Shown: positions 55,402 to 64,000 of the stretch, one piece after another
Position numbering within the stretch: position 1 is the stretch's first letter
Layout of the letters: each line of letters starts with the position of its first letter
Origin: a virus
Strand: one strand, 5' to 3'
DNA length: 64,000 bases
Virus record (IMG/VR): IMGVR_UViG_3300027804_000045
Span: 32,001-96,000 of that record
Position numbers and translations under genes: made by a program
The notes under the pieces: model-generated
Seen by the model: only the letters and a program-made list of their open reading frames with translations
Database searches by the model: none
Told to the model about the DNA's origin: nothing

Positions 55402-57453
55402 TCAAGCATAAGTTGCGCCAACTGTATACCATTGCGTAGTAGTTGGGGCAACATACTGAATTGTAGAACCTGCTGGTTGTGTGAATCCAGCATTAGTAGA
55501 CAGTGTATTAATTATACCACCACTAGCAGGATATACTAATAAACTATTAGCACTTGTATTCGTTATAGTAATTACCATACCTGCAACTGCTGTAGGTAGT
55601 ACTACACCTTGACCAGTTGACACTGTTGAGACAACATCTATTTCTTTTGTAAGTGCTGTGGCTGTACCCTGTGTTGATCCTGCGGCACTTATACCGGTAG
55701 CCACGCTGCGTATATGATAAGATGTTACAGTTACATTTGCTCCGCTTATATTACCTGATGTAGTGAGTGAAGTCAACGTACCTACCGAAGTGATGTTTGG
55801 TTGTGCCGCTGTTGTTACCGTACCTGCTGTAGTTGCGCTTCCTACAGTGCCTGTCACATTCGCGCCCGCAATATTTGTAAGGCCTGCACCATTGCCATAA
55901 TATGCGCCTGTATTGACAATTACGTTACCGGTAACAGTTACATTGCTGTTTGTCTTATTAAACGTAAAGTTAGCATTACCGTTGCCAACACCATTGTCAT
56001 TAAATTGAACTTCAGTATTTGCACCGCCTATTGCACCAGCTGGGCCAGTCGCTCCTGTAGGTCCCACGATACCAGTAGAGCCTTGTACACCTGTTGCACC
56101 TGTAGGTCCTAGATCTCCTGTAGCACCTTGAATACCTGTCGCTCCTGTCAGACCTGTAGCACCGACTGGACCTTGAATGTTTCCTACGTCACTCCATACT
56201 CCGCCGGCTTTCACCCACAAGTCTCCAGTATCTTCAGCAATGACACCATTGCCATCAACTGCGCTAGGGAATGCCGCGTTTAGAGTTGCTTGAGGAGTAC
56301 CACCTACTGTAGGAACGCTTCCTATGATTGTTACACTAGTACCTGCTGGGCCAGTAGCGCCTGTAGGGCCTGCGACACCAGTCGCACCTGTCGGGCCAGT
56401 CGCACCTACTCCAGTAGCACCAGTTGGACCCGTTAAACCTGTACTACCTGTTGGGCCTGTTATGCCAGTAGCACCAGTAGAACCTTGCGGTCCTGTAGCA
56501 CCAGTCGCACCTGTTGGGCCACCGCTTGGGCCAGTAGAACCAGTAAGTCCCGTCGCCCCAGTAGCACCAATACCGGTCGCCCCGGTTTGGCCACCTGCTG
56601 ATATAGCGGCATAACCTGTCACTGAACTTGTGAATGTCAATGTAAGCGTATTAGCCGTATTGAATGTGATTGTAGGATAGTCATATCTACCTACAAAACT
56701 ATTACCAGTGCTATCAACTGGTTCAACGTTCACATATAAACTGTTGAGATTGTGAGTTACGTTCCACGTTGTCGATGACGAACTTTGTGTGTGGATGTAT
56801 GCGCCGCCAGCTGCACCTGTAGCGCCTTGTGGACCAGTAGCGCCGGTTGCACCAGTTAAACCAGTAGCACCCATTGGTGTAAATATATTGACTGTCCAAG
56901 GCGTATAAGGACCAGTACCACTACCCTGTCCACCTGTCACATTTACAACTAATGCACCTGTCGCTATATTATATGACTGAACTACACCAGTCATATATTT
57001 GTCTGTCTCACCGTCAGCAATGAAAATAATATTTTGAAAGGCAACGTAGGGTAAACCGGTATCTACTGTGCAAGAAATAGTCGACGGAATCTCTAGATTG
57101 ATTGATGCTGTTGTGCTTGTTTGATAATCAAGCATAGGTCCAGTAGCACCCATGCCACCATAACTTATCGCGGCATATCCTGTTTGCGGTGACGCAAAAG
57201 TAATAGTAAGTGTATTAGAATTTAAAAAGCTTATAGTAGGATAAGTAAGAGGGCTTACATTTTGATTTGCACTATCAATTACTTCAACGTTAAGATATCG
57301 CTCTCCCAAATTATGATTTACAGTCCAAACTGATGCTGCCACTAATTGTTCGTGGGTGTAGGTACCACCTGTTGGGCCAGTAGCGCCTTGAACACCGGCT
57401 ATAGCCGGTAACCATGTTGATGTCAAACTATCGTAATATTTTAATACACCCAT
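55402..57453 (-). CDS. collagen-like tail fibre/whisker protein
   Basis: G-x-T triplets, two H.Q.....W.V.HNL domains, C-terminal tip domain. Confidence 0.8.
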   Translation of the reverse strand: MGVLKYYDSLTSTWLPAIAGVQGATGPTGGTYTHEQLVAASVWTVNHNLGERYLNVEVIDSANQNVSPLTYPTISFLNSNTLTITFASPQTGYAAISYGGMGATGPMLDYQTSTTASINLEIPSTISCTVDTGLPYVAFQNIIFIADGETDKYMTGVVQSYNIATGALVVNVTGGQGSGTGPYTPWTVNIFTPMGATGLTGATGATGPQGATGAAGGAYIHTQSSSSTTWNVTHNLNSLYVNVEPVDSTGNSFVGRYDYPTITFNTANTLTLTFTSSVTGYAAISAGGQTGATGIGATGATGLTGSTGPSGGPTGATGATGPQGSTGATGITGPTGSTGLTGPTGATGVGATGPTGATGVAGPTGATGPAGTSVTIIGSVPTVGGTPQATLNAAFPSAVDGNGVIAEDTGDLWVKAGGVWSDVGNIQGPVGATGLTGATGIQGATGDLGPTGATGVQGSTGIVGPTGATGPAGAIGGANTEVQFNDNGVGNGNANFTFNKTNSNVTVTGNVIVNTGAYYGNGAGLTNIAGANVTGTVGSATTAGTVTTAAQPNITSVGTLTSLTTSGNISGANVTVTSYHIRSVATGISAAGSTQGTATALTKEIDVVSTVSTGQGVVLPTAVAGMVITITNTSANSLLVYPASGGIINTLSTNAGFTQPAGSTIQYVAPTTTQWYTVGATYA

Positions 57454-57481
57454 AATATTCTACTATTTATTGACCTATATG

Positions 57482-59878
57482 TTATGCGTAACTTGCTCCG
57501 ACTGTATACCACTGTGTCGCGCTTACAGCAAAGTACTGTAAACTTGCACCGGCTACATGAGTATAAGCTGTGTTGGTCGACAACGTATTAATCGTTGCGC
57601 CTGTTGCTGGATATACGTTTAAACTTGTCGCGCTTGTATTATTAACTATGATTACCATACCTGCAATTGCTGTAGGTAATACAATACCTTGCCCTGCACT
57701 TACTGTGCTTACAATGTTTATATCTTTTGTTATTGCTGTCGCTGTGCCTTGTGTTGATCCGGCAGCACTAATACCAGTCGCTACACTTCTTAAGTAATTA
57801 CCACTTAAAGATATATTTTCTGTCGTCAGAGTATTAGTATCTGTGCGATATGTTAGATCAACATCTCCACGCAAAATCTGATTAGTTGTTCTGTTCTCAA
57901 CAAATGTAGGATAATATGTTGTTGTTAACCCATTTGTATTTGTTATATCGATAGTAGTAGCATTAGACAATGCAGGACCAGTAGCACCTGTTGCTCCTTG
58001 CGGACCTGTTGGGCCTCCTGCAGGACCAGCTGGGCCAGTCGCACCTGTCGCACCTATACCCTCAATACCTGGCGTGCTAGTATCATACCATAATACAGTT
58101 GTATCTACGGGTTGAGTAGGTCCTTCAACTAAACCTGCTACACCAGTAGCGCCAGTCGCTCCTGTGCTACCAGGTATACCTGCCGCTCCAGCTAGATTTA
58201 CCTGCCAACTACTGTACACATTACCTAATGTGCCTACTACACTAGATACGCTAACTATCATCACTCCTGTTGCACTGTTATATGCGGCAACAGTAGCAAA
58301 CATACGTTGCGCTAAACTATGCGCAATAGAAATTTCTTGACCGGTAGCGTATGCTAAACCTATACCTACTGTCAATGTTGCTGGTCCGGTAGCGATAGTA
58401 AGTGATGTATTACTTGTTGTGAAATATCTATCGCCAGTAGCACCAGGAACACCTGTCGCTCCAGAAACACCAGTAGCACCAGTAGCACCGAGACCTGTAG
58501 CGCCTTGTGGACCAGTAGCGCCGGTAGCGCCTATACCTGTAGCGCCTTGTGGACCAGTAGCGCCGGTAGCGCCTATGCCACCTATACCCCAAGTTAGATT
58601 TCCGGTGCCGTCTGTGGTTAATACTTGTCCTGATGCGCCACCAAATATTTGAACTTTATTAGCATAACCTAAGTTTGCTATGCCACCAGTCACATGTAAA
58701 TTAGGTGTTGTTAGTTCAACATTTAAATAAATTTCATCTATATATCCAACATGACCATTTGCGAGAATATCTGTATCAAACGTTGTTTGTAATTGTCCAA
58801 ATTGTACTACATTTGGTTGTGCGTTTACTGAAATAGTAACGTTACTATTGGGGTATACGCGAATATTTGATGAACCGTTTTCAATTTCGGTAATATTACC
58901 GATAGATAGATTTGATAATCCGCCACCGTCGCCAACAAAATATGTTGCGTTAACATTACCGATCACATTTAAATTACTATTAGCAGCATTAAAAATTAAA
59001 TTAGGACTTGCTGCAAAATTATTGCTACCATCATTATATTGAATTTGACCTGCGCCGCCAGCTGGATATTGTAAATCCCAAGGTAGGCCATTTGCATATA
59101 ATAAGTTATCAGTGCGTACATTGCCTGCGCTGACTGATGATGCATTGACAAAATTTGCTTGAGCAAGATTGCCTAAATTTGCGTTACCGGATATTATGTT
59201 TCCTGCTGTTAATAATCCAGTGACATTTGCTGTAGCAATATTGGCTGTATTCGTAACAGTTAAATTTGAAGTGCTTACAACATTTGAAGCATTAATATTT
59301 GCCGCGTTAACAGTATTAGAAATATTAGCAATATTAGCTGTGATAACATTACCCACAGCAAGATTAGCGTTGCTAGTTATGTTATTTGCTAATATGTTAC
59401 CTGTAACGTTAAGAGTAGTTAGGTTTCCTACATTACCGAAAAAGTTTGTTGCTGTGATGTTGTTTGTCGCTACAACATTGCCGTTAGCGATTGTGACATT
59501 AGGATTGCCCGGACTTATATTGCCTATAATCAGTGATTCGTTGATAACTGTATTGTCAAGCAAATCAATCCATAGATTTGACAACCCTGAATCGATAATG
59601 ATTTGATCTAATTCAGATCCTGGAGTTAATCCTACGCCTAAACTTTGTGTTTTTACTTTTAGTTGATAAAAGTCGTTACTGATGATAACATTACCAAAAG
59701 TGGGATTTACGGTTAAGCCCTTCTCTTTTTTGGCACGATTGATGGATAAGACGCCGCTAGATGTCTGTAATTGATATAATTCATTAAAGTTTTCTTGTGC
59801 TTTTTGAAACCCAGTGCGTATCGCATCTGCATCTGGATCATCGGGAAAACTACCGAAATCTATATTCTGCTGTGCCAT
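57482..59878 (-). CDS. fibre protein with gp9/gp10-like N-terminus, Asn-rich beta-helix and collagen segments
   Basis: QQNIDFG..PDD..AD.IR.GFQK...NF.ELY; GATG repeats; ATAAATA at 59902-59908. Confidence 0.8.
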   Translation of the reverse strand: MAQQNIDFGSFPDDPDADAIRTGFQKAQENFNELYQLQTSSGVLSINRAKKEKGLTVNPTFGNVIISNDFYQLKVKTQSLGVGLTPGSELDQIIIDSGLSNLWIDLLDNTVINESLIIGNISPGNPNVTIANGNVVATNNITATNFFGNVGNLTTLNVTGNILANNITSNANLAVGNVITANIANISNTVNAANINASNVVSTSNLTVTNTANIATANVTGLLTAGNIISGNANLGNLAQANFVNASSVSAGNVRTDNLLYANGLPWDLQYPAGGAGQIQYNDGSNNFAASPNLIFNAANSNLNVIGNVNATYFVGDGGGLSNLSIGNITEIENGSSNIRVYPNSNVTISVNAQPNVVQFGQLQTTFDTDILANGHVGYIDEIYLNVELTTPNLHVTGGIANLGYANKVQIFGGASGQVLTTDGTGNLTWGIGGIGATGATGPQGATGIGATGATGPQGATGLGATGATGVSGATGVPGATGDRYFTTSNTSLTIATGPATLTVGIGLAYATGQEISIAHSLAQRMFATVAAYNSATGVMIVSVSSVVGTLGNVYSSWQVNLAGAAGIPGSTGATGATGVAGLVEGPTQPVDTTVLWYDTSTPGIEGIGATGATGPAGPAGGPTGPQGATGATGPALSNATTIDITNTNGLTTTYYPTFVENRTTNQILRGDVDLTYRTDTNTLTTENISLSGNYLRSVATGISAAGSTQGTATAITKDINIVSTVSAGQGIVLPTAIAGMVIIVNNTSATSLNVYPATGATINTLSTNTAYTHVAGASLQYFAVSATQWYTVGASYA

Positions 59879-59932
59879 CTATCCAGTATCCTTTAATATA
59901 GTATTTATCGTTTTTATAGCAAAGCAATTGCC

Positions 59933-59965
59933 AAAAAAATACCCGGTGATTAGCCGGGTATTTTT
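59933..59965 (-). terminator. intrinsic terminator
   Basis: AAAAATACCCGG-7nt-CCGGGTATTTTT(TT). Confidence 0.85.
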
Positions 59966-59983
59966 AACTATATTAACGACAAA

Positions 59984-62900
59984 TTACTTTGCTAGACCTG
60001 CTAGTTTCTTCCAGGCTTTAACATCTTCGTCGCCTTCTCTTGCTTCTTGACCAGCAATAACAGGTATTGTAGTTTGACCTGTTGATTTAGGCTTGTTCAA
60101 TCCACCGCTGATAGTCTGAGTCATAAAATCAGTATCGCGTGTGAATGCTGCATCTGTGCCTTTTTGACCTGCATCATTTGCCCATTCATCAAGTTTTGTC
60201 TGTTGCATGACACTCTTTAATAATTCATCACTATCGCCTTCCATTCCAGGCATACCCTTTAACATTGCGTCAAGTTGTGCCTTTAAACTATCCATATCAG
60301 TAGTATTTAGGGCGTCCTTTTCACTTGGTTCACCAACTCTTTTTCCAGTAACTTTTACTGGTTGCAACATATCATCAGTTGGTGGAATAGTTCTTGTAGC
60401 ATCTTTATCCCCTGTTGGGACTCTACGACCAGTGACCTTAACTGGTTGCAAATCATCAATGCTAGGTTTTTTTAATCCTCTACTCTTTAACCATGCTGCT
60501 AATTCATCATATGTATTTGCACCTGATAGATTTAACAAATCACCTAGTTGTCTGTCTCCTGGCAATTCTTGATCTTTAGGTGTTGCTCTCTTTGATGTTA
60601 CATCTACAGGAGGTAGAACATACTTATCAAAGTCTGCCATATTCACTTTTGATCCACCAGGAAGTGTGATGTATTTTTCATCTTCCTGGCCCATGTTACC
60701 TATTCCGTATCTTCGTAATGTTCCGCCTAGATTTTTTGAAATGGCTGCAAACTTGTCCTGCATATTTTTGAATATATCATCAAAATTTGTCTGCATATTT
60801 GACATAGCAGGAGTGTTGCCTGCCATGTTTGGCATTGATGGCATTGTTGGCATCTTGAAATTCTTCATAGCATTATCATATTCTGCTTTTGAAGCTGGTT
60901 TGCCATCTACTTCATATGATGAAGTATTGCTTGATTGATTTTTTACATCAAATTCTGGCATGCCATCAGCACCTTTGCCTAGATTTTCTGCACCAGGTAA
61001 TGAAACTACTTCGGCTTCAGGACTATCAGGCTTGTCAATGTTATCTAATTTTGACATGATGTCTTTCATAGAACTATTGACATCACCCGCATCTTCATTA
61101 GTTGCACCACCTTTTGATGCACCACTCAATGCTAATGCGCTGTCAATCTTGCCTGCATCAGCTTGGCTTTGTTCGTAACCTTCACCATCATCTTCAGCGA
61201 CCATGAATTCGCGCTGATCTAATGTTTCGGTTTCACCTACTTCTTCTTTGTCTTTTTTGAATGCGCTTGCTGCACGTTTTGCTAGCATAGCAGTTTTAAC
61301 AGGATTTGCTAATGCAGCACGACCTGCAAGACCTGCTAATCTACCTAATGCTGCTAATGCTGGTGCAGCTTCATCAAGTTGATCTGACTTTATTTGCGCT
61401 TCAATTGTAGTTTCTAAAACTTCTTCAGTTTTTTTTTCACAACCGCATGAACTTTCCATCATACCGCATTCATTGCAAGTATGCTCTTCTTCATGTCCAT
61501 GATCATGTCCGTGACCATGATCATCGTGCGATTCTAAACCAGTTAATTTTGATAATAAGTCATCCATGCTTGGCATGTCATGACCATTAAATTTAGGTGC
61601 GCCATAATCACTTGCTGTTGCAATAACTGTTGGTTCAGCAGGTGTCAATACTGATTCTTTATCACCGAAACCACCTAAACCTACTTGCTTGATAAATGCT
61701 AATAGTTTTTCACTATCGCCATCTGTAGCTGTAACGCTTACGCTGTTTGGGCTACCTTCTTGACCAGTTGACATTGATACTGAAAGACCTTCATTAACGA
61801 CTTTGCTTTCTGTTAATAGTGCATTAAGTTGATTTTCTAAATCTTCAAATGCGTATGTTTCTGAAACATCTTTATCTTTGAATGTTTGACCAAATGCTTT
61901 AAATGTGTCACCTGGTGTAGTTTTTGCTTTGTGCTTCAACCAATCACCTTTGTCCATTTCATCTAAATCATCTTCTTGCATTTGTTGTGCTGCTTGCTGA
62001 CCGATATTGCTTAAGTTTGCACGGCTTTGCATTACAGCGCCCATGTTTGATGAGCCATCTTGTTTAGTTGCAGCAACGCCACCTACATTCATTTGTGGTT
62101 GTTGCGGCATAGCAGTAGCAACTGGCTTCACAGGTACATTTGCTTGCGGAGCAGGATTAGTTGCTGAAGTATTTACCTGTTGTGCTTGTGGCTTTTGAAC
62201 TGGTACTGCTGCCATTTGATTTGTATTTTCATCGACAGCGCCAAAACTTGCCATGTCGTCTACGACATCTTGTGATGTTTCTTCATCAACATAACCACGA
62301 CCTGGAACAAGTCCATAGCATTCTTCTAGGCCACACTTGTAACCTTCAAAGTAATGCTTTGCTTCTTCCATATCTTCGTAGTGTTTTACGCGGCATGGTT
62401 GCTCACGTAGACCGTGTACATAGCCTTCGCTATATGCTGCTTTTAATAGATTGCTCATAGATTCATTTACCTTCTTTTTCTTTTTGTCAGCTGCTGCCTT
62501 CTTCATTGATTCTTTTTTATTACCGTCATTGTCAAGATCAATGAAATCTGGCTTTGCCTCCAATACGTTATCGCTGCGACCAGCGCCTAGTCCTGCACCA
62601 TAATCTGGGCCTGACTTTGGAATTTCTGCTTCTTTTACTTTCTTGGGCAGTTTACTTACTTTCTGACCATGACTCTTTTTAATAAATTCTTTTGCTACAT
62701 CTTGACTTACGCCTGTTTTCTTGGCAACACTCTTGTCACCTGCTACGGCGTGCATCAATTTTGCTTGTTGTTGACTTGCGAATTTCTCGTCAACCTTTTC
62801 TTCTTTCATTGCTGCACCTTCACCTTTCTTCCAGCCACCTTTCGCTCTTAAAGCAAAATTGATTTGACGCATTTTCTTTGCTTGTGGACTATTTTCATCG

Positions 62901-64000
62901 TGCGGTCCAGACTTCTTTAGTTTAGCAAGCATGGATTTCAATTCTTCAACAGACTTGTCTTTGTACTCGCCTGTCGGTTTTACAACATCAGCAGGTTTAT
63001 CTTTTTTGAAAGCATTATATATGACTCCGCCTCCTCGCTTGTCCATTTGAACCTTTAGTTTTTCAGCTTCATCTAGCATTTCTTCTGCAGGTTCTTTTTC
63101 TGGAGCATTGTCTTTACCGCGTTTTTTACCCATATAGTATCCCTGATCGTCTTTTCCGATGTTGAAAAGTTTTCTAAATAAACTCTTTCCATCACCCTTA
63201 ACGTCAGGTTCTTTTTCTTTTGGTCCTAATTGTGCTCCTAATCTTGTATTAAGATCACCTACTGCGCCTGCATTTTGACTTGCTATTTGTGACCATCTTT
63301 CTGGGTTATCTTTATAAGTTACTGTTTCAATTTCCCCACTAGGATTTCTTACCTTGAATGCATAATCAAGAGGCACATTAGCATCTATTTGATTTCTTCC
63401 AACCATGCTGTCATATTTTTCTTTTGATACAGGTCTAGTTCTACCAGTATTTGGATCTCTGATTTGATAACTTGTTTTTACATCTGCCTTTGCAGGTTCT
63501 TCTGCTGGCTCTGATGGTTGTTCAACATCACCTGCTGCGTCTACTGGCTCTTGATTTACAGTATCAACATCTTTTTGTAATTGATCTAATGTATCGTCTT
63601 TAGGTGCTGCTGGTTGAGCAGGAGCCTGTGTGCTACCGGTTTTTAAATAATTGTTTAATTCATCATATGTATTAGCACCGGCAAGATTTAATAGGCGGCC
63701 TAATTCTGCATCGCCTGGTTTATCTTGATCTTTAGGTTGTGTTCTCTTGCCTGTTACTGTTACTGGTTCTAATTCGTCTGCTGCATCTGATGGTTGTTCT
63801 GGTTTCTCATCAGCTTTAGCATCTGCCGGCTTCTCATCAGCTTTAGCATCTGCTGGCTTCTCATCGGCTTTAGCATCTGCTGGCTTTTGATCATCTGCAG
63901 GTGCGGTGCTATCTCCTGCTTTTTGCGCTCTTAACTTGTTTAATAAATCTATATTACCTTGATAATCTCTTGGTCTATTTTTATAGGCTTCAGGATCTAA
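59984..64000 (-). CDS. very large modular virion polyprotein; 5' end outside window
   Basis: Frame continues upstream of 63406 to 64000 (1339 codons); many LDE/VNE/VKE junctions; KPDFIDLDNDGN and EKFASQQQ modules; ends WKKLAGLAK. Confidence 0.8.
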   Translation of the reverse strand, partial: LDPEAYKNRPRDYQGNIDLLNKLRAQKAGDSTAPADDQKPADAKADEKPADAKADEKPADAKADEKPEQPSDAADELEPVTVTGKRTQPKDQDKPGDAELGRLLNLAGANTYDELNNYLKTGSTQAPAQPAAPKDDTLDQLQKDVDTVNQEPVDAAGDVEQPSEPAEEPAKADVKTSYQIRDPNTGRTRPVSKEKYDSMVGRNQIDANVPLDYAFKVRNPSGEIETVTYKDNPERWSQIASQNAGAVGDLNTRLGAQLGPKEKEPDVKGDGKSLFRKLFNIGKDDQGYYMGKKRGKDNAPEKEPAEEMLDEAEKLKVQMDKRGGGVIYNAFKKDKPADVVKPTGEYKDKSVEELKSMLAKLKKSGPHDENSPQAKKMRQINFALRAKGGWKKGEGAAMKEEKVDEKFASQQQAKLMHAVAGDKSVAKKTGVSQDVAKEFIKKSHGQKVSKLPKKVKEAEIPKSGPDYGAGLGAGRSDNVLEAKPDFIDLDNDGNKKESMKKAAADKKKKKVNESMSNLLKAAYSEGYVHGLREQPCRVKHYEDMEEAKHYFEGYKCGLEECYGLVPGRGYVDEETSQDVVDDMASFGAVDENTNQMAAVPVQKPQAQQVNTSATNPAPQANVPVKPVATAMPQQPQMNVGGVAATKQDGSSNMGAVMQSRANLSNIGQQAAQQMQEDDLDEMDKGDWLKHKAKTTPGDTFKAFGQTFKDKDVSETYAFEDLENQLNALLTESKVVNEGLSVSMSTGQEGSPNSVSVTATDGDSEKLLAFIKQVGLGGFGDKESVLTPAEPTVIATASDYGAPKFNGHDMPSMDDLLSKLTGLESHDDHGHGHDHGHEEEHTCNECGMMESSCGCEKKTEEVLETTIEAQIKSDQLDEAAPALAALGRLAGLAGRAALANPVKTAMLAKRAASAFKKDKEEVGETETLDQREFMVAEDDGEGYEQSQADAGKIDSALALSGASKGGATNEDAGDVNSSMKDIMSKLDNIDKPDSPEAEVVSLPGAENLGKGADGMPEFDVKNQSSNTSSYEVDGKPASKAEYDNAMKNFKMPTMPSMPNMAGNTPAMSNMQTNFDDIFKNMQDKFAAISKNLGGTLRRYGIGNMGQEDEKYITLPGGSKVNMADFDKYVLPPVDVTSKRATPKDQELPGDRQLGDLLNLSGANTYDELAAWLKSRGLKKPSIDDLQPVKVTGRRVPTGDKDATRTIPPTDDMLQPVKVTGKRVGEPSEKDALNTTDMDSLKAQLDAMLKGMPGMEGDSDELLKSVMQQTKLDEWANDAGQKGTDAAFTRDTDFMTQTISGGLNKPKSTGQTTIPVIAGQEAREGDEDVKAWKKLAGLAK
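63803..63888 (-). repeat. three tandem 27-bp units encoding KPADAKADE
   Basis: ttctcatc(a/g)gctttagcatctgc(c/t)ggc repeated. Confidence 0.85.

Noticed and set aside
55402-57790. DGR template/variable repeat pair
   Set aside because: Both copies are coding, differences are not adenine-restricted, and no reverse transcriptase is in the window.
741-62851. Many plus-strand ORFs in the track (e.g. 27008..27586, 29233..29583, 37751..38161, 59169..59606)
   Set aside because: Antisense shadows of well-supported minus-strand genes; no RBS or motifs. Only dnaE, its partner and phoH are credible on plus.
63406-63406. ORF-track start of the last gene
   Set aside because: The frame continues to the window edge with the same repeat motifs, so the true start lies outside.
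1-64000. Stop-codon reassignment; tRNA genes
   Set aside because: Conserved genes are full length in code 11 with TAA, TGA and TAG all used as stops; no T-loop/cloverleaf seen by eye (tRNAscan-SE would be decisive).
1-64000. Cellular (bacterial) origin suggested by clpA, dnaJ, guaC, folE, dnaE
   Set aside because: gp43/44/45-like replisome, baseplate and fibre genes, late promoters and dense small ORFs indicate a jumbo phage.

Overview
A 64-kb segment of an AT-rich, T4-related jumbo myophage (Rak2/GAP32-like gene set), almost all on the minus strand, standard genetic code, with no tRNA or CRISPR seen. (1) 1-17.4 kb: a 7-deazaguanine island (FolE, QueD, QueE, a DpdL-like second T-fold protein, a TGT/DpdA-type transglycosylase) interleaved with glycan enzymes (GalE, two GT-B glycosyltransferases, two cytidylyltransferases, four SGNH-like proteins, a sulfotransferase), purine salvage (Gpt, GuaC), SufE and an MBD4-like glycosylase. 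(2) 17.7-24.9 kb: sliding clamp, family B polymerase, DsbA-like protein, and a divergent methyltransferase / PHP-less DnaE cassette. (3) 25-41.8 kb: late genes, many starting with a T4 capsid-targeting-like N-terminus and built of modules separated by prohead-protease-like (L/I/V)xE sites (kinase, zincin, MTase-like, permuted LysM plus muramidase-like), a three-gene envelope module, a nuclease and Dps. (4) 42-51 kb: ClpA, DnaJ, PhoH, clamp loader, GroES and a split DnaE fragment. (5) 51-64 kb: baseplate, two collagen-like fibres and a >1339-codon modular protein with four TonB-box-like motifs. Sigma70-type and T4-late-type (ATAAATA) promoters are visible, several placed to give leaderless mRNAs. 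Best candidates for undescribed systems: a glyco-decorated deazaguanine DNA modification, and a capsid-delivered, protease-diced effector polyprotein array. All assignments come from reading motifs by eye; no searches were run.
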